Of a stretch of DNA of 64,000 bases, positions 1-14,337 are shown piece after piece. Both the position numbers and the translations under genes were made by a program. Numbering within the stretch: position 1 is the first letter of the stretch; each line of letters begins with the position of its first letter. The notes beneath the pieces were generated by a model, which saw only the letters and a program-made list of their open reading frames with translations, ran no database searches and was not told the origin of the DNA. The stretch is from the human T2T-CHM13v2.0 reference genome, Homo sapiens: NCBI RefSeq assembly GCF_009914755.1, contig NC_060927.1; one strand, written 5' to 3'.

Positions 1-165
1 CTTGATGCATGTAAATACGTATACTCCATCATCATTTGTTGGAGAGTTAATATAGAGAACACCCATAAAATTGGCAACTTGGTGAAGGATCCATTTATTA
101 ATCTATAAACAGGATGTCTACCCATCTATTGTTGCAACATATCAGTCTCCACAGGGTTACTGTCC
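1..165 (-). pseudogene. Pseudo-exon truncated by the window edge
   Basis: Strong acceptor tttttcctcttgcttgtAG. Phase-1 entry gives GTVTLWRL (cf. GDVTLSYV), then HPVYRLINGS as the start of another domain. Confidence 0.6.
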
Positions 166-1439
166 CTACAAGCAAGAGGAAAAAATATATTTCTATGAGT
201 GGTTTCTTCTCCTTTATTTGTGATTAACATCAATTAGAAAAAAAAATAGCTAAGCAGAGAGAGCCAAAACTTAAGACCACACAGATTCACACTTCACACC
301 ACAGAGAAATGAAGACAAATTTAGTTAATGGCAAAACCCACTGTTTCTGTAAATAACAAATCTAATGTAAAACGATGGTGGAATATAATGATCCTGTGAG
401 GTTTTAGGCATCTGTTCAAATAAACCTATTTGATCATTTAGTTTTCTGGAAAAATAAGGGGTTGACAAAGATTCATATCAAAACCCTAGTGGATAAATAT
501 CTGGCTGGAAAGAGTAAAAACATAAGATTCCAGCTATGATTTCAGTGATCTATAAGCTATTTCTTATAGACTAAAATTTATATTAAAATTATTTTAAGTA
601 AAAGCATTTTTAAAACACATACATGTTTTATTCATTACAAATCTCACTAGTATATTTGTGAAAGGCAATTTACTGCCAAATTTCTTTACAAAAACAAGTT
701 TCCATTTCATTTCCCCAAATCCCCACCTTTTGTTCATTCCAGTAAAATGACTCTAATGCCAAACCTGACACTCAGAATCTTAAATTCTGAAATTTCAGAA
801 TTTTCAGTCACTGCTGAAAAAATTCATTAGCATCTCAAACTTAAATTCAGGTAAATTAAGAGGAAAACCAAATAAACAATAATGCAAGAAAGTTACACAT
901 TCAAACATGTGTTATAAAAATCAACACCCCATTTGAATTAGGGCTCCTCTGAAATCCCTGGGCAGGGCTGGTGCCTGGTAATATTTAATATCAGGAGGAA
1001 TGGAATCTTGTAGAATTCATTCTACACTGACCAGCAGTATTAAGTGTCACTGTCACCAAAAAAACATTCTCAGCTGTAGACAATATTCTAAAATTACTAA
1101 TATCACTGTCTGACCTTGCTGTTATCTGTTGTGTGGAACAGAGATCTATTTATTTAGCTGTTCAGCAAATGTCAGTATACCATGACTGGAGAAAATTAGA
1201 AACTACATTGGCAGAGCACTCCCTACAGCCTGCTAAGTAAGGAATTGAACAAAATGCTTTCTACCTCAAAGTGTCTAAATCATTGATTGGCCACACCTTC
1301 TCTCATCCATGGTTAACCTTTCATGGACCTAGTAGAGTTCTCCAGCTATTAGACTCCTTTTGCAAAAGGATTCCAGAATATCATATTCTCTGAGGCACAT
1401 GTTAAACAGACTATGAAAACATCGTGATTTGGGACCTAG

Positions 1440-1885
1440 CTGTGCTGCAGAATTGTCAGGGGCCTCTCCAGATCCTCTCCACTCTTTTGCAACCTCCTCT
1501 TGGCCCTGGGAGGCTGACTAGAGAGAACGGATTAATGGGTTCCTTTTGGATCTGATGTCTGGGGAGCCCTGGCAGGAGGAGAGGGAATTGGGGGCATTTA
1601 TTCCCCCGTCCCTCCCAGCACGATTGTCTTGGGTGGCTGTTTCCTCCACAGAAGGTATCAGAGCATCTCAAAAAAGTCTTCATTACAGGATATTCTCTTC
1701 TGGTCAAGTAGTCACCTCCTTCTCTCTCTCTCAGCATTGGGACAGAAGCGATCCCACGCTGCCAGCCCCAGGTTCCTTTAACCCCACATATATTGTCACT
1801 ATCAATATTTTTAAAAATAAACTTTCCTCCATATACTGTGAGATGAGTGTGCCATTGTTTCCTTTTAAGACTAACTGATAATGTG
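1440..1885 (+). mobile_element. Old ERVL LTR, LTR33-like
   Basis: ccctgggaggctgac...ggggcatttattccc...aataaactttcctc...gtgtgccattgtttcct resembles LTR33; boundaries approximate. Confidence 0.55.
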
Positions 1886-2109
1886 CCATTTTGACCAACC
1901 CAGCTTGCTCTTGGGAAAATCCATTCAACCTTCTAGAACTGGAAGGTTAACATTTTGTTCAGTTACCCCCTCTCCACAAGATAACCACGGTCATGGGTTA
2001 CACAATAAAATAAAAGTCAAATAAAGCTGCACATTCTCAGCACAAGCCATTAAATGAGTATTATCACAAACATTTCTTTCCTTGGCTCTTTTTGGGACAT
2101 GGCTAATAC

Positions 2110-2403
2110 CTAAGAATCTGAAATTGTTGCTCATTAGCTGTCTGGATCTACACCCCAGTTAAAGGCAGAAAAAGGAAAACAAGCTAAAGGCTTTATTATC
2201 TTGGGTCCTGTCCATTACAAATGACAGATGATGGCTTGTCAGGTGAAAACGAGCTTCTCAGCACTAAAACGGCTTCATTCAGTTTATTAGCCACAAACAA
2301 AACTAAGGAAGGCCCACTAAGAAAGTGACTTGAAATCCTTATTTTCAGCATGATGAAAGATGGGCTCAATAAGACTGAATCCCCATGTGGTCTTCCAGTC
2401 TGT
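2110..2403 (-). pseudogene. Pseudo-exon, CRD core
   Basis: Acceptor gttccttctttAG with phase-2 entry, donor GTatta. QTGRPHGDSVLLSPSFIMLKIRISSHFLSGPSLVLFVANKLNEAVLVLRSSFSPDKPSSVICNGQ (cf. galectin-4 LSIRCGLDRFKVYANGQ)...NNFRFL. Confidence 0.7.
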
Positions 2404-3108
2404 CTAAAGAAGGAACATGGGTAACATGGAGACAAACTCGAGAAGATGGTTAGTATTTAAAAATGTAGGTCTGCAACCTTGAACAAAAAGTGTTAACTTC
2501 CATAAAATGCCAATGACCCAGCTGCAAGTAGTCACCATACATTTATCTCAAAAGCCACATTATTCTGTTCTACTAAGCAAATAAACTGTGTCATTGAGCT
2601 GTTAACAGTCAACCAAAAAATATACCCAAAGGGAATACGTATAGGATGGCTTAACAACCAAGAAAAACCATGCGGAAGGAAACTAAAGCTCTCAAATTCC
2701 ACATGGCTTTTCTAGGAACTGAGCAGCATCCAGTAAAGACAGATACACACACAGTACCTAAGTCCACAACGTAGACAAGCATTTGCTTTCCAGATATGCT
2801 AGAGCTTCCTTTTGTCTTCCCTGCTCTGTAACTCTCCTTTATTCTCTGAAATGTCTGGACAAATGTCCCTGTTTGCAGACGCCTACCTCATCCATCTTAT
2901 CACACATGTTTCTCAGTGTGGGTTTATCTCATGAACATGTATTTTCCAATATGTTAAATCCAAAAAATAGTTTTTAACTTATTTAATGTCTATTTTGTGT
3001 CCTATCAAAAAAAAGCTTCTTGGGTTGAAAAAAATATTTTTGTAAATGTCTTGACCTGCCACCTTTTTATTTTCATGATTGCTTTGAATATCATGTCAAA
3101 GTTCTTAC

Positions 3109-3271
3109 TCCGGAAACCTGGATGGTCTTCTGTGTTGCTCAAGGCTAGCTGAGGGCATCTCCCATTTTTTTGTTTGTCTTGAGTAGGTGATGCTTCCTGT
3201 AATGCCCATTTCTGCTACACGAGTTCCCTTTCATACTATGCCATCTAACTCGACTCCGAAGTTCTTGCCAC
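3109..3271 (-). pseudogene. Pseudo-exon, CRD N-terminus
   Basis: Acceptor tcttctcaactAG, donor GTaaga. Length 163 fits phase 1->2 with no frameshift and one TGA: GGKNFGVELDGIV*KGTRVAEMGITGSITYSRQTKKWEMPSASLEQHRRPSRFPE. Confidence 0.8.
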
Positions 3272-3864
3272 CTAGTTGAGAAGACTGTAATCTCTGCCTT
3301 GGCAGATTTGAGAACAGGAATTCCATCCCAGTTTCATGTTACAGTTCCAAATGACTGTTTTTATAGATGTATCGAGTACATTGATGTTGGGGGTACTTCT
3401 TATGGGAGATTATATTGACTAACTGACTTGCAGAGTGTTAATTTTAATTGGAAGGGGTGGTTTCAAACTCAGTGCCAGACAGGTAAGTAAATGAGTAGAG
3501 AGGTATTAGATTAAGACAACAGAAAATACTCTGACATACCAGCAAGGACATGCCTTTTCAAATGGGGCAATTGCTACACAATCTATCCAATTGTTGCCAT
3601 GCGAATGTAGGCCTTTTATGCCCAGATCTTTCCTGTTTTCAAAAGCCAAAATTCTGGATTTTTAAAAACACTAGGCTTACTAGACAAAATGTATCTGAGA
3701 GCAGCATCTGTCCTTACTGCTTAATCTGTGTATCTCCCACAACTAGGTAGATGTATCAACATCCCAGAAGATGCTTTCCAAACCAGTGCATCTTTCCTGA
3801 TACTATCACTACCCTCTCTAACTTTTGGATTTTCCCACTCCCTCAAATAATCTGAAAATTTCTA

Positions 3865-4163
3865 TTTCTTTTTTCTTTATGAGATGCAATCTTGGCTCTG
3901 TTGCCCAGGCTGGAGTGCAATGTCGCAATCACAGCTCATTGCAGACTTGACCTCTCAGGCTCAAGTGATCCCACCTCAGCCGCCTGAGAAGCTGTGACTA
4001 CAGGCATCTGCCACATGCCCAGCTAATTTTTAAAAAAGTTTTTGGTAGAGATGGAGCCTCGCTATGTTGCCTAGGCTGGTCCCGAAATCCTGGGCTCAAG
4101 TGATCCTCCTGTTTAGGTCTCCCAAAGTACTGGGATTACAAGCGTGAGCCACCATGCTTGGCC
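3865..4163 (-). mobile_element. AluJ
   Basis: Antisense dimer with T-rich tail and J-type ctcaagtgatcctcct. Confidence 0.9.
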
Positions 4164-4745
4164 AGAATTTGAAAATATTTCTGCATATAATGAAATATTC
4201 GAATGGAAAACTGTTACATGTGTGAATGTTGGAATGCAGAATAAAGCTACACAGAGAGAGAAAAGAAACCAAGCAAGTTTGGAGAAGGACACAAGGATTT
4301 CTCCGGCTACAAAACGAGGATTGAAGAGTTATACAACATGAATTTACACATGACAGCAATCATGCTAAGGCTGAAGTAGCTAACACTTCTTAATCACTTA
4401 CTAGATGCTAGGCACTGCCTAAGTATTTTATCTATCTTAACTTACTGATATCTCACCACGACCCTATAAGGAAGGTAACTGCTTTCCATATTTTACAGAT
4501 GGCATACAGTATAGAGGCATTAGGTAACTCCTCTAAGCCACACATTTGATAATCCTAAACCCTCATGTGACTCCAGATCTACTGTGTCATATGGTTTGCC
4601 TTATACTCTTCTACTCTAACACCTTCAGTCACCTTACTGGCCAACTTGGCTGAAATGCTTGGCATAGCCTAAAATGTCCTTTATATACACCAGATGCAAC
4701 ACATTCCTTAAACATGAGACAAATCCTCCCTTGAAGATCTCCTTC

Positions 4746-5172
4746 CATGGTAGTTTTAAAATATGCCCACAAATCCCTTAATGTTCCTCTCTTCAAGATG
4801 TAGAGCTTAATCTTCCTCCTCTGGAGCATGGGCTGTACTTAGTGATTCATTCTAATGAGCAGAATATGGTACACATGACAGTGTGCGACTTTTGAGACCA
4901 GGTTATGAAGGGTATTGGGGCTCCTTCCTATTTGTTCTCTCTCTTGGATCACTCACTCTGGGCAAGCCAACTGTCAAGCCATAAGGACGGACACTCAAGA
5001 GACTTCTATCCAGCAAGGAACCAAGGCCTCAGGCCTCCTACCAACTGCCATGTGAGTCATTTTGGAAGCAGATTGATCCTCTAGCCCCAGTCAATCAAGT
5101 CTTGAGATGACAGTGAACCTGGCATACTTCTTGACTGCAGCCTCATGAGAGACCCTGAGGCAGAACCAACCT
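4746..5172 (+). mobile_element. MaLR LTR, MLT1F-like
   Basis: ggctgtacttagtgattcattctaatg...gactgcagcctcatgagagaccctgaggcagaacca. Confidence 0.75.
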
Positions 5173-6159
5173 ACAACCAAAACCAGATGTCACTTATCAA
5201 TAAACTCAAGGTTGAATTGTTGGCTCACTGATAGGCAGAGTTTTGAATAAGAATTTAGGTAGCTCTTTCAATAAAATATTTTTCACATTTAAATTAATGG
5301 CAGATTGCTGAATAAAATGTATATGCTTTTACCATTTAATGACCACATATGAAAATTGAAACTAATCCTTTGCCATACTGAAATATACTAAACTGCAAGT
5401 TCTAAGAAGTGACATAGATTTATACTTTTTAACAGATGATTTTCCTAAATTTTATACTTAAAAAATCCCACTATAATAATACTGCTTTGGAAAATGCTAG
5501 CTTTTTTTTCTTAATCAGGACTATGTACAGGGAATATGAGACAATTTGGTATCCTATTAGAATCTTATTTCTCTGACATGAGTAAGTTGGGCTGATTTCT
5601 ATAATGATCTGTTACATATGCCTTAAGTCTTCAAGTGCAATGTGAGTTAAATGAAAAGTACTGTGGAGTTAACATCACAATTACATCTTAAGAAATTGCA
5701 GGAGATAATCTAAATTTGTTAAATATATTGCTAAGTATATGACTATCCACATAAAGCTTAATCAATTTCATAATAAAATCTACTTTAAACCCTCCAAAGT
5801 TCTGATTGTGTTCCTTAATATAGACTATTGAAAATTATTAAAATATCTGGTTTAGTGCTACAATAAGTGAATTAAGGCAAGATCAGTATGAACTACAACT
5901 GAGACAGGTATCCACTAGAGGCCAGTGTACTTCGGCATGGAGAAGGAATTTATAACCAATTCCTGTGGAAAAACCAACCTTATTCCTACCATTCAAAAGT
6001 GGAGGTCTTGTGAAGTGAAGAAAAAAAAGATGAAGAAAGCTATTTTGATTCTCTGAAAATAAAGCTTCAGAGGATAAGAAAGATGAGTTAAGGAAGGATG
6101 AGTCATGAAAAAAAAGAGCAAAGAGAATTCTTGTCTAGAGAAAAAAAAAATAGTACTAC

Positions 6160-6475
6160 CATACACTGTACTGTTTGATGTTTCACCAACGTAAGTGTAA
6201 ATTTTCAAGATACTTGGTGTAACTGTAAGCTTTTTCATAAATGTTTCATTTGGCAATATATTGGAAATAATTAAAGATCTGGAGTACCTAGAAAGTACCA
6301 CAGTAATTTCATTTTCAAGGCAGTCATCATTGCTAGCTGCCTAGACAAGGCCAAGGGTTTTGAAATGGGATGGAACAAAACTGCATGTCTGCAATTTTCT
6401 TCCCTTAAACAACTGTATTCAGAACAAGTACCAAATGGTTCCTTCTCAAACATGGAATAATTCATATAAATTCAC
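6160..6475 (-). pseudogene. Pseudo-exon, most of one CRD
   Basis: Acceptor gctAG, donor GTagta. GEFI*IIPCLRRNHLVLVLNTVV*GKKIADMQFCSIPFQNPWPCL/AASNDDCLENEITVVLSRYSRSLIISNILPNETFMKKLTVTPSILKIYTYVGETSNSTVY. Tracks galectin-7 NSKEQG...VPFQ...EVLIIAS...FRHRL...VGGDVQLDSV. Length 316 fits phase 1->1 with one +1 shift. Confidence 0.75.
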
Positions 6476-7069
6476 CTAGCACTACATTCATATTGTAAAA
6501 TACATTTCTTAATAATGGTGCGACACGATGCCTACAATACTTTTTAACAAGGAACTGAACTAGTTTCTCAAAACTAAAAATCGGAGTGGAAATGAAAATC
6601 TGATTCTTTAGTAAAACGTAGACAATAATAGTTGGTAGGATCCTGAGTAGGAGATTTTACTTTGTAAGAGTGAAGGCTGAATGATTTAACACATAACCCA
6701 CAGATGTGTACTCTTTCCCCTTTTCCTCCAGCAGAGAAAGGCACCTTATGTAATGTGGGCATGCCGGGGAGATGAATGAACCAGAAAATCTTAGAGCTAG
6801 GCAGGACCTGAGGGTTCAGCCACCGCAGCTTGAACCTTTTCAAAGACAAAAGTTTCCTCCTTTGCAAGGTGGCCCATTGCATCCCTCCATTGCATTGTTG
6901 AGGCTATAGCTGTTTGAAAGTTATTCTTTAATCTTTATACTGGGGGACCTCATCTGACACAACAAAATACTGTTCTGGTTCCTGAGGCCAAAAAGAGGAC
7001 ATAAGACACAAAGATAAATAATACATGATCCTGACTTCGAGGAGCTGTAAAATTCTACCCATGCAGTAG

Positions 7070-7500
7070 GTTCTGATTCTGATCTCTGCAACAAAAGCAC
7101 TGGCTCTATCACTTATTAGCTGTGTGAATTAGCTAACTTCTTTGGGCCTCAGTTTCTTCATCTTTAAAATGGGGATAATAATATTAGTACCTACCTTTGC
7201 AGGGTTGGTGCCAGGATTAAATGAGATAATTAAAATAAGGCACTAAGCCCAGTACGTGGCAAGTGGTAAGTACTTATTAGCAGTCAGCAATTATTGCTAC
7301 TCACTATTTACCTGGCATATAAGTAATTCAACCCTTTCCAAACTCCTATGAGCTATGATTTTATTACCATTATTTTTAGAGACAGGAAAACTGAGGCTCA
7401 GAAAGCTGAAGTAGTTTGCCAAGATCAGCAGCTAATTAATGGCTAGACAAGGATTTGAACACAGGTTTATCTAATGACAAGAGCTTTAACCATTACACTA
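7070..7500. mobile_element. Two MIRs in opposite orientation
   Basis: gcctcagtttcttcatctttaaaatgggg at ~7147 and gaaaactgaggctcaga at ~7387. Confidence 0.8.
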
Positions 7501-10219
7501 AGCTGTTCTGGTGAACAGTAAGGCAACTTCCTAATCCTAAAGTGACAGGGCCAGTATTCACTGACAAAATCTATGACAAATCCAAAATTTTTCCTTTCTC
7601 TGATATAAATATAGTTAGTGCCAAAAGCTAACCACAAGATTCCTCCCTTCCTAGCCATGGGAGAACAGGAGCCCTGGAGATGGAAGAATCTTTGAAGTCC
7701 CTGAGCCCTGCTTCCAGTGAGCCATCCTGCCTGCTGTTCCAACCTCTGTTCCTGGAGCCCATACCATCCTGGTTAATCTCTGCCTCTGTAGAGGTGGGGC
7801 TTCCACTACCTTTAACTGTTCTTCATGGGATAATCACAAACGGCCTGGACCTCTCCTGGAACTCAGGGATAACAAAAAAGTATTGAGAGAGAATTATCTA
7901 GTCGGGAATAAAGACACACAGGTGAATGTTATAAGAAATGCATTCAGTGAAACCTTTGAAATAGCTGTGTGCTCTCTATGCCAAGTCATGGATTTAAAAA
8001 AAAAAAAGGTCTGCACAATGTTAGGATCAGAATACAATGGTATGACACTTAAGAGTACTTCCAGGTTGCTTGCTTCCTGATATTACAAAAGCACGCTCAG
8101 TCATCTCTGTCCTCTATCACCAAGCACTCAGTCCTGTGATGAAAGGATGCTGGCATTCTATTTACATCAGCTAAATTTACAAAGAAACTGACTTTCTGTT
8201 GATGGCCTGTTGAGAGGAACAAATTAAAATAACTCTAAATCATGTCTGTAATTTTCTGAAGAGATACGCTTATCACACCCCACTTAGAACACCAGGTCAG
8301 ATGTTATCTCGGTCTCTCCTGATATAGATTTTCTACTCCTTTGAACTTACAAGATACAGTTCTGCCTATTCATTAGGAAGGTACATAAGAAATTGGCTTA
8401 CAAACTACAGTGAATCAGAATGTCTAATTGTCTGACTCTGGCTCTGAGAAATGTAACTAAAATCATGAACCATAATATTAACAAAAAATTATGGTCCTTT
8501 ATCTGGGAAGGTCTTTTATGAATGTGCTTTCATTAGCTAGTAAGGCCAGAGGAAACAATTTAAACTCAAATCTTAGTGACTGTTTTCTTAAAGTCTTATA
8601 TTAGGAGCATTCTGTCTGAAATGTTAATGAGAAGAGAAATCTATGTTGATTTGACCCCCAATTTATGACAGTATGATATGAAATTTCCTCCTCCTTGTCA
8701 AAAATAAGGCTTCTCCAAATAAGTGTCAAACTATTATGATTTACAATGATTTAAAAACTGTTATTGACATGATTCACAGAGTGGACAATAAACAAGCAGG
8801 AAAAGAAAATAGGATAATTGTGAGGTGAAAAATATTTAGAATGACAGGTTGCATGATTAAATGAGAAGCTGAAAATCAAAAGCTGCTGAACCATTCAATC
8901 ATTTCACAGAGGCATGTTTCTCTTTAAGATGTTTAAGAAAAGGTGAGGGAAACAGAAAAGACACTGCAAGGAAGGCAGGGATGGTTTGATTGCTTCATGA
9001 AGATAATTAATTGGAATGTACTAGGAAGCTGTAGGCTTTGATATGGGCAGCAGCACCCAGTTGGCTTGATTTATTATTATGGTTACACAGAAACCAACTT
9101 ATCTGCAAAGCATAAAGTACATACTTGCCATCCTAAATTCAGGAGAAAAATGGGGAAAATGGACTTGGGTGAAAAAAGGAAAATGAAATTGAATTGAGTC
9201 TGAAGTGACTTACTATCAAATATAAGTCCAACCATTTGTCACAAGTCAGGTATCTCATCTACAAAATAGGCAACGTAATAAACTGACTTTACTAAAATGT
9301 ACTGACCTGAAAATTGTTTGTGATTTTGTTTTATAACAATGCAGTATACCACACTGGTGGTAAGTGAGAAAGATAATAATCTAGAATGTGTTCCAAAAAC
9401 AAATTTGGCTGTATATTGGCAAATTATATTTTCATCTCTGACTTCAAGAGAAGTAAGGGAAAGAATGAAAAACAAAGTAGTAGGATGAGTATTATTAAGT
9501 ATGAGTGTGGGATGGTGTGGGAAATAATAGACTATTTTCTTGTTACTGATTTGCAAAAGTCCATACACCACAAAGTAAAACTATGTTCTTTCTCTGTTAA
9601 TTTGATATTGAAGAGCAAGGAGAATCTCAAGGGGACTATCCAATCCACAACTATCCTACAACATGACTTACAGACACATGTAGGAGTCCTTTTCATATTT
9701 CAAAAAACAATCCTCCATTAGGCAGCATGATAAAGTAAAAAACAAAGGAATAGATACACACACACAAAGACATACACCATATGCATACTGTGTATGTGTG
9801 TGAGTGTGTGTGGGTATTTATCTTAATTCTAAAGAAGGTGCTTGTTGTGTGTTCCAATGAGAGTTAGTAAGAAACATGACTGTCATCTTTTCCTTTCCCC
9901 TTGCAGTAATCCTAGTTTTACTGTCAGGCACATATGGGTTTTTCAATAACCATAACTCAGATAAACATGTAATATCTAAGAATAGTTAACTTTTTATTAA
10001 GGGTGTTAGTCTGTGTGAGGTGTAATGCTAAGCACATCATAAGTATCAGGTCATTTCATCCTCACAAGAAGTTCAGGTGTTGACACTGGAGATCACAGAG
10101 GTTAGTAACTTGCCCATAGTCCTACAGCTGCTTAATGTCTGAGCAGGAATTTCAATCTGGGCCCATCTGACCATGCAGCTTACCCAAACTCTTATCCAAC
10201 CTGATACCCCATCTACCAC

Positions 10220-10279
10220 ATTTAAAGACCCACTGTCATTAAAGACCCATTTTAAAGACCCATTTAAAGACCCACTGTC
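10220..10279. repeat. Short tandem repeat (ttaaagaccca) x4
   Basis: Read directly from the sequence. Confidence 0.85.
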
Positions 10280-10748
10280 CTACCACTGCCAGAGTACCCC
10301 ACATATGCTATTACAGTATAACATGACCCTAGACACACGCTAACAGAGTCCTTTTTATATTTCCCAAAACAATCCTCTCTCAGCAAAAAAACAATCAAAG
10401 AAGCAGGGATGCATAACATTTCACTAGCAGTCAGTTGGGAGACCTGGGTTCTAGTCTTCGCTCTGCCCTGCTTTAGGTACAGGACCTTGGACACATCTCT
10501 TCATCTCTCAGGACCTCAATAACATCACCTGTTAGAAAATCCTTGAGAAACATTTCTGCACAAACATACTAAATGTATAGGCAAGTAATAGAAGTCAATC
10601 ACAGTGAAGATCACTAGCACCAGACTGTTGCTTTTATTCCACTATGGTATGTTTATATAAATGTTTTACTGCTATAAAAATGAAAGATAAATAGTATTCA
10701 TTGGGAGAAAGGGGCTTAGCAACTCCACATTTTGTCATCTACTATTAC

Positions 10749-11021
10749 ATATCTAGGTCAAATTTGGCTTTTATTAATAAATGAAGAATGAAGACAAAAA
10801 TTGCAAATTGGAAGAGTTTAATTAGAATATAAAGACTGTCAAGAGAACTGAATTGCATCCTTGACATAAACTGGACTAGAAAAATAATTAAAATTGGCTT
10901 TTTAAAGTCTATTTCGGTTATGTTGAGGAGCAGGATATTTTGATGAGAAATGTTTTCAATTCTTTGAATAAAAGCAAAGAAGATTTGCACAGTCATCAGT
11001 CCACATGTATATAGTACAGTC
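10749..11021 (-). pseudogene. Pseudo-exon, CRD end plus next CRD start
   Basis: Acceptor cttcttcctgccttgaAG, donor GTaata. Length 273 fits phase 1->1. Fragments GLYYIHVD, AFIQRIENISHQNILLLNI (cf. galectin-4 AFQRVDTLEIQGDVTL) and FSSPVYVKDAIQFS*. Confidence 0.6.
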
Positions 11022-11200
11022 CTTCAAGGCAGGAAGAAGTTTACTCAAATGAGGCAAGTAAATGCAGAACAGAACTGAATGGCTGTCAGCCCTACCTGAG
11101 TCTCAGAGACTAAGCTTCAAAACTTGAGGTTTTTCTTTCACCCTAAATAGCTCTGATGAGCAATAAAGTATGACAGGGAAGTTTAAAAAAAGAACATTCA

Positions 11201-11518
<318 letters not shown>

Positions 11519-12065
11519 TCAACACAATTTTACTAAGATCTTACAATATGTGTACAACTGTGTTGAGATGTGGAGACAAAGGAAATCTGTGACCAGAAAG
11601 TCATAGTCTTTGCCTTTGCTAATTTTATAATCTAGTGGTGAACTTGATGTTGAGAATGAGAAAGAGATTTCAAAGGCATAGCTCAACTAAGAACATCTTA
11701 TAAACCATAAAGTTCCAGTTTAATAGCTACTTCACCATTTACTAAGATAATGCCTATAGGGAGGTAACTGTGGACTTTTTATTGTCTGTGCATCTTACTA
11801 AAGGGTGGGCAACTGACGGATAGGGCATCTGTATCATTTACACTTAATAAGCATCTTCAGCTACACCAAGAGAGATGGTCAATACTCAGAAGGTTGTGAG
11901 GACACCCATCACATTAGGTGGAAGCTTCTGGACCTGAGAATGGAAGGTAGAATTATGTGGTCAGGGTCTTTGGAGACAAATTTATTAGGCTGAAGAAGGT
12001 AGGTTTTTTTGGACCAGGCTGCCAGGGTTGATTTAGTCTTGTTTGTGGATGGTTAATAGGTGCAG

Positions 12066-12418
12066 TGATGTGGTTTGGCTCTGTGTCCCCACCCAAATCT
12101 CACCTTGCACTGTAATAATGCCCACGTGTCAAGGTTGGGACCAGGTGGATGTAATTGGATCATGGGGGCGGTTCCCCCATGCTGTTCGTGTGACACTGAG
12201 TGAGTCTCACGAGATCTGATGGCTTTGTAAGTGTCTGGCATTTCCCGTGCTTGCATTCTCTCTCCCACCACCCTGTGAAGAGGTGCCTTCTGCCATGATT
12301 GTAAGTTTCCTAAGGACTCCCTGGCCATGCGGAACTGTGAGTCAATTTAAACTCTTATCTTTATAAATTACCCAGTCTCAGGTGTTCCTTCCTAGCAACA
12401 TGAGAATGGACTAATACA
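12066..12418 (+). mobile_element. THE1 (THE1C-like) solo LTR
   Basis: tgatgtggtttggctctgtgtccccacccaaatctc...gaatggactaataca, with TG...CA ends. Confidence 0.9.
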
Positions 12419-14337
12419 CCTAGGAATAATTTTATGCATTTCCATAAAATGCATGTTTGTAATGTTTCCATTACAGGGCTAACCTGATATGAGTACTCAA
12501 AGTCTAGACACTACAATTCCCTCCTCCCAACATCCACCAACTTCATTTAGGCTCTTTCTGTGCCTGGCATTTGAGTCTATCTTCCTCATGCCTCCCTCAC
12601 CTCTTGGAGCCCAAATACTCACACATCATGCTGCCTTTGTTAATATTTGCCCAGTTTTCTCTTACCCCCTGCTCTACAAGATTCTGTAAAGATCAGAGCA
12701 GAACTTACTTCTTATTTCCGCTATTTTAAAATAAAAAGCTTTTAGACATTTTAACATTTTTGACATCAGAATCCCCCTTAGAATGAATATCTCCCTTTAC
12801 TGAAGTGAGTTTTGCTCCTAAAACACCATTATTAAAACAGTGAGGTATCTTACTATAGCTAGGATTCTAGAGCAGAAGAAATACTGCATTTCTGTTGTTT
12901 AGGTCCTGACCAATAACAGGACTGACACTGATACTAACTATACACCACTTCCCTTCCTCTTGTTCCACTTCATGAAGTCTCTAAAGGATCTCATATGTTT
13001 GGTGGAAAATCAAAACTGCAGAAACTGATAAATACTCTGATTTTGTTTTCTCTGTACTTGATCTTCAAGGATTGCTTTAGTAGAATATAAAAGCAAATGA
13101 TGGCTCATTCAAAAAAGGTCAGTGAATGACAACTCTTAGGAACTCTTTTGTCACTGATAAAAATAGTTCCATCTACCTGGAATAATCTTGTAATCCATTT
13201 AAACATTTGTACATAATTCTTCAATCTCTGATATACAATGGTGAGGGGACTCAGCCCACTGTGCCTGGGGAAGAGGAGAAAAAGGGGGGAATCTAAAGCC
13301 CAATTTACCACTTTCTCTCACAAACCGGATTATCTTTTTGACATCTCTATTTCCATTCACAGAGATTCAAGGACTCTTTATTTTCCCAGTTATCCTTCTC
13401 TGGACGGACTCTAGTCACCAACATCCCTCCTAAAATGTAGGATGATGCATTGGAACTGCTGCTCTCTGTAGCTACTTACTGTCCAGTGGTAATACAGGGA
13501 TGTGTTTAGAAATACGGAATATAGTGTAAAATTGCCCGGGCTCAACATACTAGCTATACCCATACTAGCTCTGTGTCCTCTGGTTAGTTATGAATCTCTT
13601 CTATGCCTCCTTTTCTTGGCTGTAAAATAGATAATCATGTCTTAAAATACAATAATCCACATGAAGTACAAGACCCTGGCACGTCATAAGAGCTCAGTAA
13701 TTGCTGGCCGTTACTAAAACCACCAGCATCACTTCTGCCACCACCATTCTCACTACTGCTGCTTGATGGAGGACCCCAAATGAACTGCTGCAGGACAACG
13801 ATGATTATAGAAGTGGCAGCAGCATTCCTTGCCCTCCAAGATTTGGCCCCATTTTATCTGGCTGAATATGTTGCTTAGCATTCCACTTTTAGCCAATCTG
13901 AACAATCTCTTTACTGTATTCTCCTGCTCAATCATCCAGCCTAAAAGCCCTTACCTTCTCTTACACCCTTCCAACTCTTCTGCTATCAAGGCTGCTCATT
14001 GAGCCTACTCAACATCTTCCACCCACAATCGCCTCCCCTTCCCCCACACCTTTAGCCAGAGAATCATTTTGCATTTGAATTAAGCGCTCTTCTAGTTTTA
14101 AATTCAATGTCATATAAGATTACTATGATTTATGGCTTCCTAACTGACTTATGAATTTACTTTGTTTTTCTAATTACAGGGCAAAGAGTTTCCTATTTTT
14201 ACTTGGTATTGCCTTCTTGTACTTAGCATCATTTTAGGCATACAGAATAAGATCTGGGTATTATCAGTGGACTGACCCACACCTCTGTCCTAAGTGTATT
14301 ATTTATCCCTAGAATTAATATTGGGATGCTTGGAAAG

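Noticed and set aside
3200-3271. GIV*KGTRVAEMG read as an M23 peptidase/LECT2 or dUTPase motif
   Set aside because: No supporting catalytic motifs. The galectin N-terminal pattern fits better and agrees with the flanking exons.
6160-6475. ZP-N/ZPAX or alpha-2-macroglobulin identity for the fossil exons
   Set aside because: The conserved cysteine spacing and family motifs are absent.
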